From: Bacteroidota bacterium
GTDB taxonomy: Bacteria; Bacteroidota; Bacteroidia; Chitinophagales; CAMDFR01
NCBI GenBank assembly: GCA_037130135.1
Contig: JBAXTO010000001.1
Coordinates: forward strand, 675,061-739,060
Length of the DNA: 64,000 bases
Reading direction: 5' to 3'
In this document: in pieces, positions 1 through 9,652 of the stretch
Layout: each line of letters starts with the position of its first letter
How positions within the stretch are numbered: the first letter of the stretch is position 1
The notes under the pieces: model-generated
Seen by the model: only the letters and a program-made list of their open reading frames with translations
Database searches by the model: none
What the model was told of the DNA's origin: nothing
Position numbers and translations under genes: made by a program

Positions 1-90
1 AATGCCAATATAATCATGCCCTAAACGCAATGCTTCTTCTCTACTGTAGGAAATGACTTCCTTAACTTTTGGCGAAAATTTTGCTTCCAT
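1..90 (-). CDS. ATP-dependent Clp ATPase (ClpC/ClpB-like), N-terminal 30 codons only; the gene runs off the left edge
   Basis: Reverse complement of 1..90 translates to MEAKFSPKVKEVISYSREEALRLGHDYIGI, a typical Clp_N repeat start. It is absent from the ORF track because it is truncated by the window edge. Confidence 0.55.
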   Translation of the reverse strand, partial: MEAKFSPKVKEVISYSREEALRLGHDYIGI

Positions 91-314
91 AAAATTATTT
101 TTATCTATAAATTCTTAATATAAAGGTATAAATTCTACATGCATTAAACCTATTTTACAAAATAAAAGTTCTAACATTTTTATTTAATTGTTTACATTTG
201 AATACACTTTAGTAATTAGACGTAATTTAGACTTATAAAGTTTCAATTATTAAGGAAAAATATTGTTTTATGATATTTTTCATATATTTATGGTCAAATT
301 TAAAAATATAAGCA

Positions 315-683
315 GTGAATCTACAAATAGAACGTAAAGAGAAATATATTAGTATCGAATTATTAGAAGAAAAATTTTTAAGTAATAATAACAAAGACTT
401 AAAAGAAACGATTCTAGATCCAGCCAATAATTCTTTTAGAAACATCATTCTAGATATTAACAAAGTAAAGTATATCGATTCTTCTGGCTTAAGCTCTATC
501 TTATTGGCTTATAAATTATGTAAATCTCGTAATGGCATTTTAGTGATCTGTGGGGCTTGTGATGCAGTTAAAACCTTAATCAAAATATCTCAATTAGATT
601 CTATTCTTACTACTGTACCCACTATCGATGAAGCTAGAGATTTGATTATGATGGAGGAACTCGAAAAAGATATCAATGCCTAG
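315..683 (+). CDS. STAS-domain anti-sigma-factor antagonist (SpoIIAA-like)
   Basis: 122 aa with a GTG start. The YIDSSGLSSIL motif contains the conserved phosphorylatable Ser context, and the length is typical of STAS proteins. Confidence 0.75.
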   Translation: MNLQIERKEKYISIELLEEKFLSNNNKDLKETILDPANNSFRNIILDINKVKYIDSSGLSSILLAYKLCKSRNGILVICGACDAVKTLIKISQLDSILTTVPTIDEARDLIMMEELEKDINA

Positions 684-1596
684 TGATTTTTCAATCACTA
701 TTATTGGTTCAAATTCAGCACTAGCAGCACAAGGCAGATTTCCAACTGCACAATACATCTCTTATAAATCCAAACATTTTTTAATTGATTGTGGCGAGGG
801 TACTCAATTTCGAATGAGTGATTTTAAAATCCCTAAAGCACATATAGAAAAAATATTTATTTCCCATTTACATGGCGACCATTTCTACGGATTAATTGGC
901 TTACTTACTTCTTATAGCTTATCAAATCGAATTAAACCAATTGAAATATATGCCCCAAAAGGCTTACGTGAAATAATTGAATTACAATCTACCTATTCGG
1001 ATGCTCATTTCACCTATGAAATAATATATAAAGAAACACAGGCCTTAGCTAGTGAAACTCTTTACGAAGATGAATCAATATCTATCTCCAGCTTTCCTCT
1101 TAAACATCGAATCCCAACTACTGGCTTTCTTTTTCAAGAAAAGGTTACGGAACGAAAAATGATTAAAGAAAAAATCAACTCCTTTGATTTAAGTGTTGAT
1201 GAAATTATTCAACTTAAAAACCAACAAAATGTAATTCGAACTGATGGCACTAATCTAAGCGTGGAGGAATTTACGCATCCTATAACTAATGCTCGTTCCT
1301 ATGCATATTGCAGTGATACAGCTTATTTTGAAGAAATAATCCCATTTATCAAACATGCAGATTTGCTATACCATGAAACAACCTTTGATAAGAATTTAGT
1401 AGCACTTGCTCAAAAAACAAATCATAGTACCACTTTGGAAGCAGCTCGTATAGCCAGCTTAGCTGAAGTGAAACAATTAATGATTGGACATTTTTCTTCT
1501 CGCTATAAACATAGCGAAATGTTGATGGAGGAATGTAAAACCATTTTTGATAATACTATTATAGCAATTGAAGGAGAAACTTTTTATATCGATTAG
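676..1596 (+). CDS. rnz: ribonuclease Z (metallo-beta-lactamase fold tRNA 3' endonuclease)
   Basis: 306 aa with the HLHGDHFYGLIGLL (HxHxDH) motif and overall RNase Z layout. It overlaps the STAS gene by 8 nt. Confidence 0.85.
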   Translation: MPSDFSITIIGSNSALAAQGRFPTAQYISYKSKHFLIDCGEGTQFRMSDFKIPKAHIEKIFISHLHGDHFYGLIGLLTSYSLSNRIKPIEIYAPKGLREIIELQSTYSDAHFTYEIIYKETQALASETLYEDESISISSFPLKHRIPTTGFLFQEKVTERKMIKEKINSFDLSVDEIIQLKNQQNVIRTDGTNLSVEEFTHPITNARSYAYCSDTAYFEEIIPFIKHADLLYHETTFDKNLVALAQKTNHSTTLEAARIASLAEVKQLMIGHFSSRYKHSEMLMEECKTIFDNTIIAIEGETFYID

Positions 1597-2171
1597 CGAT
1601 CACAACGTACATACAAAGGAGGTAATGGTAAACTATTACTGAAATTACCTGCTCTATCTTTTAATATCACATAATAATAGGCTGTGTCTATAGTACCCGT
1701 GCTAAGTGCAGTACAAGCAATAAAACTTCTTTTTTTACAACACATATTGTATTTCTCAATATCTATTTGGCCTTCTATACTCGGATTTTGAGGATTACTT
1801 TCTAAATAAGGCATCCTGAAAAACTCTAAACAACTATCACGTTTGTCCAATAAAAACAATGACCATGTTGGATGAAATAAACAAGAGTTGCTTGAATCTA
1901 ATCTGCATAAATCACAAGGATCTGATGATGTATATGGAAATCCTAAATCACCATCCCCATCTTTAAATTTCACTGTTATCAATAAACTATCTCCCTGATC
2001 TACGGTATCTTTACTAAAATGTGCAAACTCTAATTGAGGTGTGAGCGGATATTGAGGTGATTTTTTACATGCATTTAAATAATAAGCTAGTACTATTATT
2101 GATACAAAAATCAAAATAGAGTATTTACTTTGCATTACAAAAGGAGATTTAGTTTTTGACATCAATAACAA
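1593..2171 (-). CDS. hypothetical Cys-rich lipoprotein
   Basis: 192-aa ORF. The likely true start is Met13 (coordinate 2135), giving MQSKYSILIFVSIIVLAYYLNAC with a lipobox. It contains a DGDGDLG motif. No family recognised. Confidence 0.5.
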   Translation of the reverse strand: MLLMSKTKSPFVMQSKYSILIFVSIIVLAYYLNACKKSPQYPLTPQLEFAHFSKDTVDQGDSLLITVKFKDGDGDLGFPYTSSDPCDLCRLDSSNSCLFHPTWSLFLLDKRDSCLEFFRMPYLESNPQNPSIEGQIDIEKYNMCCKKRSFIACTALSTGTIDTAYYYVILKDRAGNFSNSLPLPPLYVRCDR

Positions 2172-3157
2172 ATATACGAGAAAGAATCTTTAGTATTAAT
2201 GATGAATTTACTTTTAACAAAGTTGCTTTAGAGATTTTTCATTTTCAAGCTACTTATAATGAAGTATATCGCCGTTATATCGATTTACTAAAAATTAACC
2301 TAGACCAAATTACGCATTATTCGAAAATTCCTTTTTTACCTATCGAATTTTTTAAATCGAATGTGGTGATTAGCTCTTTAGCTAAATACCCTACTTCCGA
2401 ACTAATATTCAAAAGCTCTGGTACAAGCGGACAGAATACTTCATCACATCATATACTAGATACTGGTATCTACATTGAAAGTTTTACAAAAGGATTTCAT
2501 CAATTTTATGGCAATTTAGAAGAATGGAATATTCTTGCATTACTTCCTTCTTATCTCGAAAGAAAAGATTCCTCATTAGTTTATATGGTGGATCATTGGA
2601 TGCACATCTCAAATAGAGAGGCCAATCAATTTTATTTATATGAACATCAAGCTTTGTACGAGCATTTGCAAGCGCTAGAAATGAAAAAAGAAAAGAGTTT
2701 ATTAATTGGAGTGAGTTATGCATTACTCGATTTTATTGAGGCATATCAATTGCCATTACATCATTGTATTGTTATGGAAACGGGCGGTATGAAAGGCAAA
2801 CGAGCAGAGATAAGCAAATATGAATTACACGAACATTTACGAAACGCATTTTCTATCAATCAAATACATGCCGAATATGGTATGACCGAACTTTTGTCGC
2901 AAGCGTATTCAAAAGGGCAAGGTATCTATGCTTGTCCACCTTGGATGAAAGTGATTTGCACCGAACTCAATGACCCTTTTCAAACTAGTTCTTTTCATAC
3001 AAACGGACGAATTAATATCATCGATTTAGCAAATGTGTATTCCTGTAGTTTTATTGAAACTGCAGACATGGGCAAACTGCATCCTTCTGGTGAATTTGAA
3101 ATTATCGGTCGAATGGAAAATGCTATTTTACGTGGATGTAATTTACTCATTGATTAA
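2156..3157 (+). CDS. LuxE/PaaK-family acyl-adenylate-forming acyltransferase
   Basis: 333 aa with a TTG start, an SSGTSGQ adenylate-forming motif and a LuxE-like N-terminus (FHFQATYNEVYRRY). Confidence 0.7.
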   Translation: MTSITNIRERIFSINDEFTFNKVALEIFHFQATYNEVYRRYIDLLKINLDQITHYSKIPFLPIEFFKSNVVISSLAKYPTSELIFKSSGTSGQNTSSHHILDTGIYIESFTKGFHQFYGNLEEWNILALLPSYLERKDSSLVYMVDHWMHISNREANQFYLYEHQALYEHLQALEMKKEKSLLIGVSYALLDFIEAYQLPLHHCIVMETGGMKGKRAEISKYELHEHLRNAFSINQIHAEYGMTELLSQAYSKGQGIYACPPWMKVICTELNDPFQTSSFHTNGRINIIDLANVYSCSFIETADMGKLHPSGEFEIIGRMENAILRGCNLLID

Positions 3158-3166
3158 GTCATATAA

Positions 3167-4048
3167 CTACACACTCACGTCGGCTTTAATATGAGGCTGT
3201 GCCTCATAATCTACCAATTCAAAATCTTCAAACTTAAAATCAAAAATCGATTTCACTTGTGGATTGATTTTCATTTTTGGCAATGGACCTGGTGTTCGTT
3301 GTAATTGAATTTTAGCTTGTTCAATATGATTTAAATATAAATGTGTATCGCCTAATGTATGTACAAAATCACCTAACTCAAAATTACATACTTGTGCAAT
3401 CATCATGGTGAGTAATGCATAAGAAGCGATATTAAAAGGTACACCTAAAAATGTATCCGCACTTCGCTGATACAACATACATGATAATTTATTGTCGGCT
3501 ACATAAAATTGAAATAAACAATGACAAGGAGGTAATGCCATTTCGTTTATATAAGGTACATTCCAAGCACTGATTATATGTCGACGGGAATCAGGATTCT
3601 TTTTTAATTGTTCAATTAAAAGTGTAATTTGATCTACTGTGTTTCCATCAGGTGCTGGCCAACTGCGCCATTGATGTCCGTATACCGGACCTAAGTTGCC
3701 GTATTTCATGGCAAAATCATGATCTTGTGCGATTTTCTCTGCAAATTCTTTGATGCTTTCTCCTTGATAGTCGGCTGATTTTTTATAGCTGGCATAAGGC
3801 CAATCATCCCAAATCCGAACCCCTTTTTGTGCTAAATATTCAATATTAGTATCGCCATTCAAAAACCATAATAGTTCATGAATGATGGATTTGGTATGTA
3901 ATTTTTTAGTGGTTAATAGCGGAAATCCTTCGGCTAAATTAAAGCGCATTTGATACCCGAAAACACTTTTAGTTCCAGTACCTGTTCTATCTTTTTTTTC
4001 TACTCCTTCGTCCAGTATCTTTTGTAATAAATCTAAATAGGCTTGCAT
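3167..4048 (-). CDS. thyA: thymidylate synthase
   Basis: 293 aa with DRTGTGT, LPPCH and GDTHLY motifs. It carries a short L. casei-type insertion before GNLGPVYG. Confidence 0.95.
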   Translation of the reverse strand: MQAYLDLLQKILDEGVEKKDRTGTGTKSVFGYQMRFNLAEGFPLLTTKKLHTKSIIHELLWFLNGDTNIEYLAQKGVRIWDDWPYASYKKSADYQGESIKEFAEKIAQDHDFAMKYGNLGPVYGHQWRSWPAPDGNTVDQITLLIEQLKKNPDSRRHIISAWNVPYINEMALPPCHCLFQFYVADNKLSCMLYQRSADTFLGVPFNIASYALLTMMIAQVCNFELGDFVHTLGDTHLYLNHIEQAKIQLQRTPGPLPKMKINPQVKSIFDFKFEDFELVDYEAQPHIKADVSV

Positions 4049-4118
4049 ATCATTTTATTTCTGTAGCAAAATAAAAATAAATTACAAGGCCTACAAAATT
4101 ATCTTATTCACTTTTTAC

Positions 4119-5036
4119 TTAAAACAATTTAGGAATAAAGCGTGGTACGTTTTTGATATATTCTTTATATAAAGGATATTTCTTCGCAGAGATTCCTTCG
4201 CTAAAATCAGCACTACTATGAAATAAGATAATCAATAAAATTGCTCCTGCTCCCGACCAATTGAACCATGCACCAGTTGCCGCTACGCTAAAGAAATAAA
4301 ACACAACCCATATCGCTTGCTCACTAGCATAATTTGGATGGCGTATTTTCCCCCATAAACCTGAATCAATAAAGCCTTTGGCATAATTTCCTTCTAAAGG
4401 CTCATTTGCAGCTATTTTTCTATGTTTCTCTGTTTGATAATCGAATTGTTGTTGATCAGCAATAGTTTCCGTAATAATAAATCCGATAATTAAAACCGAA
4501 CATATAATATCAAAGATATTTATCCCATTGCCCATTCCATTAGCTGTAAAAAGAATAGGTAATGTAAATAACCAAACTAATGCATTTTGATATAAAGAGA
4601 TAAAAAAGAAATTGAATAGCATAAATCTGAAACGTCCTTTTAAAGCAGGTTCTTGACGTAAAACTTCCCATCTATAATCTTCCATACCTTCCCAAAATTT
4701 AATCGAATAACCTCCTCTTCTTCCGAAATTATAAGTCAATCTTGCACCCCATAAGGTAACTATAACCGACATTAAGATCATACGTGGATCCCAATGAAAG
4801 GCATAGGTAATATACCAAGCATAAATAACGGGTTTGATACTCCATAATTTATCCACCTGACTCATATTTTGAGTGATTTCACTCAATACAAAACAAAACA
4901 ATGAAATACCTAGCATGATATAACATGATGTTTTTAAAATCGTCATTTGTTCGGCTGTAAGTGGCGCTGATAAATAGAATGAGGCGATTGGAACAATCAC
5001 CACAGCAACAAGTAATAAAATAATGGTTCGTAACAT
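4119..5036 (-). CDS. DUF1295 / steroid 5-alpha-reductase-like membrane protein
   Basis: 305 aa, multi-pass membrane protein with the C-terminal IRHPNYASEQAIW motif. Confidence 0.7.
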   Translation of the reverse strand: MLRTIILLLVAVVIVPIASFYLSAPLTAEQMTILKTSCYIMLGISLFCFVLSEITQNMSQVDKLWSIKPVIYAWYITYAFHWDPRMILMSVIVTLWGARLTYNFGRRGGYSIKFWEGMEDYRWEVLRQEPALKGRFRFMLFNFFFISLYQNALVWLFTLPILFTANGMGNGINIFDIICSVLIIGFIITETIADQQQFDYQTEKHRKIAANEPLEGNYAKGFIDSGLWGKIRHPNYASEQAIWVVFYFFSVAATGAWFNWSGAGAILLIILFHSSADFSEGISAKKYPLYKEYIKNVPRFIPKLF

Positions 5037-5058
5037 AAATTCGTTTTTGGTGTACTAA

Positions 5059-5763
5059 TTAAATATCTCCTAATTGTGGACGTAAAACAATTTTCTCCAC
5101 AACAGTTCTGTCACTTAAACAATAAATATCATAGATTGTTTTGCCAATATCTGCTGCATCCATGAATCGCTCTGTAGGTATGTCAACACCCGCCCACGAA
5201 TCGGTTAATACCGCACCTGGATTAATCGAAGTCACTCTGATTTTTGATTCTTTTAATTCATCGCGTAAGGCATCATTAAATCCTTGTAATGCATATTTAG
5301 AAACGGTATAAGAGCCTCCATTTTTATAGGCTTGTAATCCTGCAATGGAACTCATATTAAAGATATGTCCACTTTTTTGAGTTAACATCATAGGAACCAA
5401 AGCTCTTGTAGTATAAAAAGCACTATATAAATTGGTTTCTATCGTTTTCTCTAAAACATTATCCGCTGCATTATGAATTAAACCAGGTAAATATACACCT
5501 GCATTATTCACTAAAACATCTATAGAAGTAAAATGGGTTTTTACAAATGCTGTAAAGGCAAGCACCTCTTCTTTAATGGACATATCTGCAGTTTTATACA
5601 AAAATATTCCATTGGGTGAAATTGCTTTAAGCTCCTTTAACAAAGCTTCACATTTTTCTTTATCGCGTGAGCAAAAGATGATATTAAAGTCTCTATTTGC
5701 AAACTCTAGGGCGATTGCTTTGCCAATACCACGAGAGGCTCCAGTGATTACTAAATTTTTCAT
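5059..5763 (-). CDS. short-chain dehydrogenase/reductase (SDR)
   Basis: 234 aa with the TGASRGIG Rossmann motif, NNAG, and the YTVSK catalytic Tyr-x3-Lys. Confidence 0.85.
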   Translation of the reverse strand: MKNLVITGASRGIGKAIALEFANRDFNIIFCSRDKEKCEALLKELKAISPNGIFLYKTADMSIKEEVLAFTAFVKTHFTSIDVLVNNAGVYLPGLIHNAADNVLEKTIETNLYSAFYTTRALVPMMLTQKSGHIFNMSSIAGLQAYKNGGSYTVSKYALQGFNDALRDELKESKIRVTSINPGAVLTDSWAGVDIPTERFMDAADIGKTIYDIYCLSDRTVVEKIVLRPQLGDI

Positions 5764-5797
5764 ATTGCAAATCTAATTTATTAATATAAATATTCTC

Positions 5798-5805
5798 TAT
5801 CTTTG
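5798..5805 (+). promoter_or_regulatory. candidate Bacteroidota -7 promoter element (TATCTTTG)
   Basis: Matches TAnnTTTG. It ends 5 nt before the mlaE-like ATG at 5811. No well-spaced -33 TTG was seen. Confidence 0.3.
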
Positions 5806-5810
5806 CTCTT

Positions 5811-6560
5811 ATGTATTTTTTATCATTTATAGAAGAGCTAGGAAAATACTTAGCAATGTTGGCTAGTTTATTTACTAAGCCAGAGCGATTTAGTATGTAT
5901 TGGAAAGAAACCATGCGCCAAATGGTTAATATTGGTATTGGTTCTTTAATCATAGTAGGTATTGTTTCTACTTTCGTGGGTGGTGTAACTGCTGTTCAAT
6001 TCTCCAATCAAATTATGGGACTTGAGTTAATACCTATGTGGTGGTTGGGTTATATCATTCGTGATTCTATGATATTAGAATTAGCTCCTACTATTACTGG
6101 CCTTTTATTAGCAGGTAAAATTGGTTCAAATATTTCTTCTGAGCTAGGTAGTATGCGTATTACAGAGCAAATTGACGCCTTAGAAATCATGGGTGTAAAT
6201 ACACCAGCTTATTTAATCGGACCAAAAATTATTGCCGGATTATTTGTAATGCCTATATTAGTAACTATTGCTGTATTTTTAGGTATTATCGGTGGTATGT
6301 TTGCCGGAGTGTTAGGTGGTTATTATTCAATGGCCGAGTATATAAGAGGTACTCAAGATATGTTTGTTCCATGGTACGCTTTTATGATGCTAATCAAATC
6401 GGGTGTATTTGGATTTATTATTTGTTCTATTTCTGCATACTATGGCTATAATGTTAAAGGTGGAGCTTTAGCCATTGGTGAAGCAAGTACAAAAGCTGTG
6501 GTAAATAGCTGTATCATTATCATTATTGCTAATTTCATACTAGCGTTTATTTTATTATGA
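5811..6560 (+). CDS. mlaE: MlaE-family ABC transporter permease
   Basis: 249 aa with MlaE-like membrane topology and motifs (ITEQIDALEIMG). It overlaps the downstream ATPase gene by 4 nt. Confidence 0.85.
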   Translation: MYFLSFIEELGKYLAMLASLFTKPERFSMYWKETMRQMVNIGIGSLIIVGIVSTFVGGVTAVQFSNQIMGLELIPMWWLGYIIRDSMILELAPTITGLLLAGKIGSNISSELGSMRITEQIDALEIMGVNTPAYLIGPKIIAGLFVMPILVTIAVFLGIIGGMFAGVLGGYYSMAEYIRGTQDMFVPWYAFMMLIKSGVFGFIICSISAYYGYNVKGGALAIGEASTKAVVNSCIIIIIANFILAFILL

Positions 6561-7327
6561 TTGAAATTTCAAATATCGAAAAAGCTTTTGGTACACAACA
6601 AGTTCTTAAAGGTATTTCAACTACCTTCGAAACGGGTCAGTGTAACTTAATTATTGGTCGTTCAGGTTCAGGTAAAACTGTGTTCTTAAAATGTATGGTT
6701 GGTCTATTTCATCCAGATAAAGGAAGTATCAAATTTGATGGTAGAGATGTCATACAAATGGAACGTAAAGACAAACAAGCTTTGCGTAAAGAAATTGGGA
6801 TGCTATTTCAAGGCAATGCGCTTTTTGATAGTATGACTGTAGCTGAAAATATTCAGTTTCCCTTAGATATGTTCACCCGAATGAGTCAGGCTGAAAAAAC
6901 CGAACGTGTTAATTTTTGCCTAAAAAGAGTAGCTCTTACAGGAGCAGAAAAAAAATATCCAGGCGAAATCAGTGGAGGTATGATGAAAAGAGTAGGTATA
7001 GCTCGTGCCATCGTAATGAATCCCAAATATTTATTTTGCGATGAGCCTAATAGTGGCCTCGATCCTAAAACCGCCATTGTCATTGATGAGTTAATTAAAG
7101 AAATCACTGAAGAATACCAAATGACAACAGTGATTAATACGCATGATATGAATAGTGTGATGGGTATTGGAGATAAAGTAGTGTATTTAAGCAATGGGGT
7201 GAAGAGTTGGGAAGGCAATAAAAGTGAAATTATGAATACGACTAATGAAGATTTATATGATTTCATTTTTGCCAGCGATTTCTTAAAAGGCTTACAGAAA
7301 GCTGCAGTTGGTAAAGTAAACGGCTAA
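6557..7327 (+). CDS. mlaF: MlaF-like ABC transporter ATP-binding protein
   Basis: 256 aa with Walker A GRSGSGKT, signature ISGGM and Walker B LFCDEP. Confidence 0.85.
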   Translation: MIEISNIEKAFGTQQVLKGISTTFETGQCNLIIGRSGSGKTVFLKCMVGLFHPDKGSIKFDGRDVIQMERKDKQALRKEIGMLFQGNALFDSMTVAENIQFPLDMFTRMSQAEKTERVNFCLKRVALTGAEKKYPGEISGGMMKRVGIARAIVMNPKYLFCDEPNSGLDPKTAIVIDELIKEITEEYQMTTVINTHDMNSVMGIGDKVVYLSNGVKSWEGNKSEIMNTTNEDLYDFIFASDFLKGLQKAAVGKVNG

Positions 7328-7400
7328 AATTAAAATCGTTGCCTAAAAGAGCATCTGATACGATTCGCGATAATGAGCATACAAATTCTATTTAATTCCT

Positions 7401-7408
7401 TACATTTG
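7401..7408 (+). promoter_or_regulatory. candidate -7 promoter element (TACATTTG) upstream of sucD
   Basis: Matches TAnnTTTG, 39 nt upstream of the ATG at 7447. Confidence 0.35.
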
Positions 7409-7446
7409 CAAACCAAAAATTAATTCATTAAACTAATAAATAATTT

Positions 7447-8319
7447 ATGTCAGTTTTAGTAAATAAAAATTCAAAAATAATTGTTCAAGGATTCACTGGA
7501 AAAGAAGGGACTTTCCATGCTACACAAATGATCGAATATGGTACTAATGTAGTTGGTGGTGTAACGCCAGGCAAAGGAGGTGAAACACACTTAGATCGTC
7601 CGGTATTCAATACAGTGGCTGATGCTAAAGAAAAAACAGGTGCTAATGTGAGCATTATTTTTGTACCACCAGCATTTGCTGCAGATTCTGTAATGGAAGC
7701 TGCTGATGCAGGTATTGAAGTGATTATTTGTATCACTGAAGGAATTCCAGTACAAGATATGGTGAAAGCCAGAAATTATATCAATGGTAAAAATTGTAGA
7801 TTAATCGGACCAAATTGTCCAGGTGTTATCACTGCAGGCGAAGCAAAAGTAGGTATCATGCCAGGCTTCGTATTTAAACCAGGTAAAATCGGTATCGTAT
7901 CTAAATCAGGTACTTTAACTTATGAAGCTGCTGAACAGGTTTGTAAAGCAGGTTTAGGTGTTTCTACAGCTATCGGTATCGGTGGTGATCCTATCATTGG
8001 TACTACCACAAAAGAAGCGGTTGAATTATTAATGAACGACCCTGAAACTGAGGCAATCATTATGATTGGTGAAATTGGAGGTACTCTTGAAGCAGAAGCA
8101 GCAAGATGGATTAAAGATAATATGAAAAAACCAGTGGTTGGTTTTATCGCCGGACAAACAGCACCAGCTGGACGTACAATGGGGCATGCCGGAGCAATCG
8201 TAGGTGGTAAAGATGATACAGCTGCAGCTAAAATGGCTATCATGCGCGAATGTGGTATCCATGTAGTAGATAGCCCAGCAGATATTGGAGACATGATGGT
8301 TCGTGTTTTGAAAAAATAA
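7447..8319 (+). CDS. sucD: succinate--CoA ligase subunit alpha
   Basis: 290 aa with [18 protein letters not shown] and MGHAGAI (phosphohistidine loop) motifs. Confidence 0.95.
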   Translation: MSVLVNKNSKIIVQGFTGKEGTFHATQMIEYGTNVVGGVTPGKGGETHLDRPVFNTVADAKEKTGANVSIIFVPPAFAADSVMEAADAGIEVIICITEGIPVQDMVKARNYINGKNCRLIGPNCPGVITAGEAKVGIMPGFVFKPGKIGIVSKSGTLTYEAAEQVCKAGLGVSTAIGIGGDPIIGTTTKEAVELLMNDPETEAIIMIGEIGGTLEAEAARWIKDNMKKPVVGFIAGQTAPAGRTMGHAGAIVGGKDDTAAAKMAIMRECGIHVVDSPADIGDMMVRVLKK

Positions 8320-8341
8320 TATATAAAACTCAAAAAAACTG

Positions 8342-8372
8342 AAAAGCGTTATCCATTGATAACGCTTTTTTT
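8342..8372 (+). terminator. rho-independent terminator after sucD
   Basis: 12-bp perfect stem (aaaagcgttatc / gataacgctttt) with a 4-nt loop, followed by a T-run. Confidence 0.65.
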
Positions 8373-8538
8373 ATTTGTAGTTGATACAATCGTATTTTGT
8401 ATGGACAATAATAACTCGAAACAAATATGAAATCAGATTTTTCAGCACTAATGTGTAGTTACACCTAAACTATTTATTGAAGTATTGTCAATATAGTCGA
8501 GAATAAATCGTATACTTGATATATTAAAATTTAAAATC

Positions 8539-8949
8539 ATGAAAAAGTCTATCCTATTAATCATTATTCTTTTTAGTATTTCTTTGACCTATGCGCAAAC
8601 GATTCAATCGAGTAGTTATGGCACTACAGGTTATATTAAAAGCGATGGTACCATTCAAAACAGCAGTTATTCAACCGTAGGCTATATCAAAACAGATGGC
8701 ACCATTCAAAATAGTAGTTACTCTACCATTGGTTATATCAAAAGCGATGGTACCATACAAAATAGCAGCTACTCTACCGTAGGGTATGTAAAAAGCGATG
8801 GCACAGTGCAGAATAGCAGTTATTCAACGATTGGTTATATCAGAGATGATGGTACTGTACAAAACAGCAGCTATTCTAATATTGGCTATGCGAAAGGGGT
8901 GAAAAAAGAATGGGCCGCAGTTACCTTCTTTTTCTTCCATTTTAATTAA
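8539..8949 (+). CDS. secreted tandem-repeat protein (about 6 x 17-aa GYIKSDGTIQNSSYSTV repeats)
   Basis: 136 aa with Sec signal MKKSILLIIILFSISLTYAQ. Almost the whole mature protein is the 17-aa repeat, followed by a hydrophobic tail WAAVTFFFFHFN. Confidence 0.6.
   Translation: MKKSILLIIILFSISLTYAQTIQSSSYGTTGYIKSDGTIQNSSYSTVGYIKTDGTIQNSSYSTIGYIKSDGTIQNSSYSTVGYVKSDGTVQNSSYSTIGYIRDDGTVQNSSYSNIGYAKGVKKEWAAVTFFFFHFN
8602..8895 (+). repeat. in-frame 51-bp tandem repeat, about 5.8 copies
   Basis: Copies start at 8602, 8653, 8704, 8755, 8806 and 8857. They differ mainly at synonymous positions (agc/agt, tat/tac, tca/tct, ggt/ggc). Confidence 0.85.
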
Positions 8950-9084
8950 TAGACTTATTTATATTTCTTGCTAATATACCTTAGTAGAAGATTTAAGAGA
9001 TTCTATTATTAGCTCTTTCACGTATAATTTATATATATTATAAACCATTACGCTTACATTTTGTTATAAAATAAATATCATCTT

Positions 9085-9537
9085 ATGCGTAAACTGGTAC
9101 AGAAACAATTATTACCTATAAGCTTAAACGATGCTTGGGATTTTTTTGCAACACCTTCAAATCTCAACTTGCTTACTCCAAAAAAAATGCATTTTGAAAT
9201 TACATCTGAAGTGCCTAAAAAAATGTATGAAGGCTTGATTATTACCTATAAAATTAAACCTGGAATGCCTATTACCCTTGACTGGTGTACTGAAATAACT
9301 CATATTAGAGAGAAAGAATTTTTTGTAGATGAACAACGTAAAGGCCCTTATAATATTTGGCATCACGAACATCATTTTAAAGAAACACCTAAAGGAGTGA
9401 TCATGACTGATATCCTTCACTATGATATTGGAAAATCATTTTTGGGTTGGATGGCAGGTAAAATTTTTGTAGATCAAAAAGTGAAACAAATTTTTGAATA
9501 CCGTTATAAGATGCTAGAAGATTATTTTAAGAAATAA
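9085..9537 (+). CDS. SRPBCC-family (START/Bet v1-like) ligand-binding protein
   Basis: 150 aa with a COG4276-like pattern including YNIWHHEHHF. Confidence 0.6.
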   Translation: MRKLVQKQLLPISLNDAWDFFATPSNLNLLTPKKMHFEITSEVPKKMYEGLIITYKIKPGMPITLDWCTEITHIREKEFFVDEQRKGPYNIWHHEHHFKETPKGVIMTDILHYDIGKSFLGWMAGKIFVDQKVKQIFEYRYKMLEDYFKK

Positions 9538-9652
9538 ATGCAAGCAAACCAAATCATTAAAACTTTTATACTTTTTTAGTACGTTCTATCTTCTTTTGTT
9601 TAGTATATTTACTTGAATTAATTGACTTCTAATAGTTTATTATAATTCGATA

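Noticed and set aside
3167-4048. thyA is about 29 aa longer than the E. coli enzyme, so a novel insertion was considered.
   Set aside because: The extra segment ([30 protein letters not shown]) sits at the known variable site before GDLGPVYG. It resembles a short form of the L. casei/B. subtilis-type insert, which is a known variation.
5693-5953. An 86-aa minus-strand ORF and a 66-aa plus-strand ORF (5576..5776) around the SDR/mlaE spacer.
   Set aside because: They overlap the SDR coding region or the mlaE 5' end. Their translations are low-complexity, with no start context or family resemblance.
7485-8333. Three antisense ORFs (7485..7736, 7920..8333, 8029..8262) inside sucD.
   Set aside because: They lie entirely within a strongly supported, conserved gene on the other strand. 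Their Ala/Pro/Ser-rich low-complexity translations are typical of antisense frames in a relatively GC-rich gene.
8602-8895. Regular direct repeats that could be mistaken for a CRISPR array (also at 54509..55117).
   Set aside because: The repeats are contiguous with no spacers and are in frame within ORFs. Their period is a multiple of 3 (51 and 153 bp), and no cas genes are present. They are coding tandem repeats.
9538-9652. Possible Mn riboswitch (yybP-ykoY) upstream of the NRAMP gene, and possible M-box upstream of mgtE (35665..35776).
   Set aside because: Both leaders are short and extremely AT-rich. They show no conserved GC-containing helices or the signature motifs of those riboswitch classes.
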